NCBI RefSeq assembly: GCF_036321535.1
Contig: NC_087438.1
Coordinates: forward strand, 6,574,001-6,638,000
Length of the DNA stretch: 64,000 nt
Direction: 5' to 3'
Source of the DNA: Camelus dromedarius
Lineage: Eukaryota
A program made the translations under genes and the position numbers. Each line of letters opens with the position of its first letter. The first letter of the stretch is position 1. Positions 59,401-64,000 of this stretch are shown here, in pieces. The notes below the pieces were generated by a model. It saw only the letters and a program-made list of their open reading frames with translations. It did not search any database and had not been told where the DNA came from.

Positions 59401-62400
59401 ATATTGGTACTGATGACACTGATGGGTTACATCATGGCACCGACTGAATGACAAGGAGCAATTTGTTGGGTTCCTTTTTCAACCCAGCCTCATTTTTCAA
59501 TCGATCACCTCCTCCAAAGGCTCCGACATCCCCGTTTTCAGATTCCCCTGTGTGTGGCGTAGCAAACAGCTTCATGTCCAGTCACCTCCAGCTTTCCTAT
59601 AACTGCATTTTTGATGGAAATCAAAAATCATCACCTAGTAATTTCTCTTGACCAAAACTGTAACCAAGTTCAGAATGCTGAAGAATCAAAAGTCTAATTT
59701 AGCTTCGCTATTCATCTTCTGTTTGGGCAGAAATATAAAATAACATGTGGGGAAAAAAGTGTCCTGGAAACATCCAGTATTGCTATAATAATGGTAAGCA
59801 ATTTCACATGCGGGGACTCAGGATGCAATGCCCAATCTCCTCCTCCTATCTGGATCTGGCTCCCATTTTATTAGTCACAGAAGGCAAAAGCATCTTGCTT
59901 TCAACAGAGAACTCATTTGGGCTTGGCTTATCCAATGAAGAAATCCATTTAGTACAATTTTTTAAATTACGTTTCACATATGACTCAAACTTCCAAATTA
60001 CAACCTCACTTCATCAGTGATTTTCACTAATTGCCAGTGGGAGGTCTCGGATACAGCTTCACTGTTCGGGGGAACAGGAAATAGTCTGTAAGACAGATGG
60101 CAGCCTCATCTCCTCCTCGGGGGCAGGTCCGCAGGTTGTCAGCCTCTTTGATGACAAGGCGGAGGCACTTAAACCTCCTGGAGGCCATTTGACTTCCCTG
60201 AAGCACTGAGAGGAGAGTGGCTTAACTGCCCCCGTCCAGAAGGTGGAACCAGCAGAGAGCCAGGGCCCACACACAACTGACCACCGTCCTTGAGGACTGA
60301 GGACCCCGGGGAGGGAGAAGGTTGGCCCGTGGCACCCAACCCACCTCGGCAGGCAACTTTTCCAGGAGGAAGACCGGATTCCTAAGGCTCAGACAGTGAT
60401 CTCTTTTGTAACAGCTACAGAGAGATCCAGTGGAAGCTCATGGATGGGGGAACAGTTTTCCTCCATGGTTTTGGGTTCCCCAGTTTCTAATTTCAGGGAT
60501 CACTGGTAAGAGAGGTCTCAAAGAGAGCAATCAGAAATTTATCCTGGTAGATTAACTGTCACCCAAACAACTCTTCTCCATGTTCACCAAGAACAGAGCC
60601 AGATGAAAAATGCCCAAAGTAAAACCAGAGAGAGTGAGCCGCTATCGAGAGAATGGTACCCTGGAGAGAGGGGGGTTCTCAACCTTACGTGAAACTTTCA
60701 GGTGTAATTAAATCAACACATTCTCCCAAAGGAATTGACATGACGGCTGCAGACAGATGAAAGAATAGAAGGGACCAGATAATTCAGGCTTCCTATTACA
60801 GTCATTTAGAGATGGATTTAGTGCTAGACAAGGGCTGATTTAGTTTAAAAGTTTAATTTTACATTAGCTGTAATGGGGACACTCTTTAAGCAAACCACAT
60901 GGATTGTTTTAACTTCAAATCATTGATTGGGAGTTGCCAAAAGTACCTGAAGTCTTAGTTTGTCCATGTCTCCATTTAACTGCTATAAAGTTGATTAATG
61001 CATATTTAAGGTTCTCAGTTTGTTAAACAGAGGTGCTGTTTAATGAATTATTTTTTAACCCAATGTCAATACAAAAGGTGTTTTTCTTTTTTTTTTTTTT
61101 TTTCCTAAATTTTGGTTTGGGCTGCAAGTAGCTATCAGCAGACAGTCTTACATGGTCCAGGTTTTAGAGAGATGACTGCCCAGAATCCCACTCGAGGCAG
61201 AGGCCATACTTAACGTACAGTGAAGAGCATCCCCACAGGGCAGGGTTGAAAGGAAACGCCCTGAGGGTCCAGCAGCATCAAAATAAGAGATAGGAAGTTG
61301 AGAAAGGTGGGGAACCTCTGTGTAGCTTTGTTGTGCCCCTTACGAACTGTGGGTAGAGATGCCAAGTACGCACATTGAGAAGGGGATGAATTCCATCAAA
61401 ACAACTTCTTGAGACACCAAGGCCAACTGGGAGCTTCCGGAGCAGCAGATCCCAGTGATGAGGTCCTGGAACAACTCCCAGGAGCCCACGATCACGTGGA
61501 GGTCCTCCCTCCCACCCGCATGCCATCCCAGGATCACCACATTTCTTGCAGGGAGCCCTCCGCTGCAACTTCTCGGAAGCATGAGCGTGTGCCAAAATCA
61601 CCTTTAAAATTAAATAATTACTGAGTATTTGTTAAAAGCTGGTCATTTTACAAGTTTTCTACAACCAATAATAGAATGAAATGGGTGTCAAGTCCCCATA
61701 GAAAAATGTCTGCTCTTGTTAGAAACGGGATGGAAGTAGTGAGGTAGCAGAGGGGTTCTTTTAATGGAAGTAAAATAATGGTAAAAACGACATGGTCGTG
61801 TTCTATCACAATTAGATCTAATTACGTTTTATTGCCATAATCAAGGGGCACATGCTTTGGAGAGACTGAGTTTTTACCATCGCCCCAGAGCACCAGGCCT
61901 TCGCCCCCATTACCTTCAAGTCACTTACAGTTAAAACCATCCCGGAATATCCAGTGCAGATTTACACGTTAACTAGTTCCTTGGAGAGAGGGGCTGCGAG
62001 CAGTCTGAGAACTCAAATGCCATCTGGCGCAGCGTGGCTTCCTGTTAGCAGTTTATCCGAATGCCATCGGCTTGTTTCCAACACGTGCCTCAGTCACCTT
62101 CTTCAGAATAAATCACCTCTCCCGTCAAACCTGCTTTTCCGTGTCTTCTACACAGTATGGTTACAGGTGCTTATTACTTTGTGCAGCAGGTCCTCCTGAG
62201 GTCTTCCCTCATTTCTCAGCTCTCATATTTGATGCGACATCTATAAAGCCCGTGACATAAATCCTCAGTCGGCGCAGGGAGGGAGGGGGGAGGAAACAGA
62301 CTCCTGCAACTGCCACCCGGTGACCCAGGCAGGACCCAGCTCCCAGCCTGGAAGTGTCCACCGTGGAAAGCTGTTCTGTCAGCACAGAGAAATTTTAGAA

Positions 62401-62639
62401 AGGTGGCGTGGGGAGTCATCCCTAGAACACGGTCACAAGGCTGTCACGGCACCTGGAGGCAGGTGAGTCACTGCACGTGGGTCGTCCTGAGAGGCAAAGG
62501 TTTGCGTCCATCCCCCCGCGCCCCGCCGACAGCATCAGCTAACACGCCTTCTCGGGGTTCTCGCCTGGGACGGGCAGCCCTTCTTCTGAGGATCAAGCAG
62601 GAAGCCCATGAGTGTCAGCTCCCTCTTCATCGTGAAGCC

Positions 62640-63130
62640 CCCTCCTCTCCCCACATCCACTGGTCCCCAGATCCGTCCATTGAGCCTCCTAAATTCCTGT
62701 TAAGTGGACCATTTCCCTCTCACCCTCTAATTAAAGCCACCATCATACTGGACTCGGGCTATTGAAGAGGCTCCTCTCCCTGCCTCCAACCTTGTCTTCC
62801 TTCCCCCCGTTCTCCACGCTGCAGAACAGATGGTTTGCAGAATCCCACAGATGCAAGCCCCTGACACCGGACAGACCCTGGCCGGACAGAACGCTTCCAG
62901 CTGCTCCAAGCTGTCTCGTACCCCAGCCCTTCAGCACGCAGCTCCCTCTGCCTGTCCCACCGCTCCCCCTAGGCCCACTCCCTCCCTCAGATGTCCACAT
63001 AATGGCCCTCCTGTTTAAGGCCTTCCCTGAACCCTCCTCGCCACCTCTCCCCTCTTTCCACACAGAGCCTTCAGTAACCCTCCTCCCACTTCAGTGTAGT
63101 TCCCTTGCGACTTCCCATCTTCTTTGGCAC
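62640..63130 (+). mobile_element. L2 fragment
   Basis: CCCACATCCACTGGTCCCCAGATCC..AAGCCACCATCAT..TTCTCCACGCTGCAG..AGGCCTTCCCTGA. Confidence 0.6.
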
Positions 63131-63799
63131 AACGGAAGTTCTGTGAGATTGTACGGCCACGTCCGTCTAGTCCAGTACTGGGTTTGGTGTGTCTATTTCC
63201 AAGTAAGAGCTTAAAGTTAATAACAAATGCAAAGAGAATTAAAGGACAAAGGCTCAAGATAGCATCTCACTGGCAACCCTAGGGGATGCTCATCAGAACC
63301 CTTGTGGATCCAACAGTGAAAACAGCATATCTGACAGTGAAATCTCCGCTTCTGAAAGAGAAGAGGCCAAGTTATCTGCCACCATTGGCCAATTCTGGCC
63401 ACACAGAAGCTATAGTGGTAGGTCCAGGAGAAGGTCACCACCTCTCTCCAGAGCTGCATTACTAGCAGGGGAAGGCAGGTGACAATGGAGCTGAGGACCA
63501 AGAGACAGGATGCAGGCACAGGACTTGGAACGCCCACTTCTGCATTTCTTCCAAGATCCATTAAGTATCCTTTGTCAAGCACTCAGACATTCAACAAAAA
63601 GTGCTGAATGAAACGGTATTAGTTCTAGAGCCCCTGGGTTTCTCTGCAGGACTGGTGTCAGCCCACCCATGTGGGCCCACGGTGTCACCATTCTAACATT
63701 CGAAATTCTGTAGGGAGTCTCAGAGTTTTATCCAAAAGCTTAGTTTCTGGGAAAGACTATGTGCAAATCAGTTAATCTCACTAAATAGTATCTCTTCAA

Positions 63800-64000
63800 A
63801 TGATTCCTTCAGTCATCCATAAAATATTGACTAACCACGTGCCACTCTTCTAGGAACTGGAGATACATTACTGAGTAAGGCAAGGTGCCTTCAATCATGG
63901 ACCTTAGTGCAGAAGACAGAAGAGAAACAATATATAAACTAGAAAGCACATTATTTCAAATAGTGATGGGAGTGAGGAAGGAAATAAAGGCAGAGGGAGA
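63800..64000 (-). mobile_element. L2 3' end (runs off the window)
   Basis: ATTCCTTCAGTCATCCATAAAATATTGACTAACCACGTGCCACTCTTCTAGGAACTGGAGATACA. Confidence 0.65.

Larger units (their letters stand above)
138..64000 (-). other. FOXP1: Large intron upstream of the 43-137 exon (putative FOXP1 5' intron, partial)
   Basis: Inference: no other strong exon or CDS in about 64 kb, and many repeat-free motif-dense blocks typical of developmental transcription-factor introns. Depends on the exon assignment. Confidence 0.6.

Noticed and set aside
63271..63351. Possible 81-nt minus-strand exon (acceptor CTCTTCTCTTTCAG|A)
   Set aside because: The acceptor is reasonable but the donor CCA|GTGAGA is weak and there is no other support; more likely cryptic. 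Junction reads would be needed to revive it.
1..64000. ORF-track entries as protein-coding genes, or any prokaryote-style system (operon, CRISPR, defence island, prophage)
   Set aside because: The ORFs are short, overlap on both strands, often start at non-ATG codons and have no recognisable domains apart from L1 ORF2. The repeat content is eutherian. No repeat-spacer array is present.

Overview
This is mammalian genomic DNA, not microbial. It is very likely from a camelid, because it carries a tRNA-Ala-derived Vic-1-type SINE and no Alu, B1, Bov-tA, PRE-1 or SINEC elements were seen. I find no credible protein-coding gene. The ORF track is random open frames plus decayed L1 ORF2. The one strong gene feature is a 95-nt minus-strand spliced exon at 43-137 with textbook splice sites. 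From memory, its sequence and length match a non-coding 5'-UTR exon of FOXP1 (unverified; needs BLAT). If so, the rest of the window is one very large FOXP1 5' intron. The intron holds an ordinary eutherian repeat landscape: L1 3' ends (several with clear TSDs), a solo ERV1-type LTR with a nested L1 tail, MLT1 LTRs, MER20, MER53, MER63, MER82, MIR and L2. Between the repeats are repeat-free, motif-dense blocks that look like enhancers. I did not find evidence for a new biological system. The leads worth testing are regulatory hypotheses: paired forkhead sites and TnG repeats inside a FOXP gene, an E-box cluster, an E-box plus D-box module, a CTCF site, candidate extra 5'-UTR exons and the LTR promoter. 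Repeat family names and most repeat boundaries are by-eye matches to remembered consensus sequences and are approximate.
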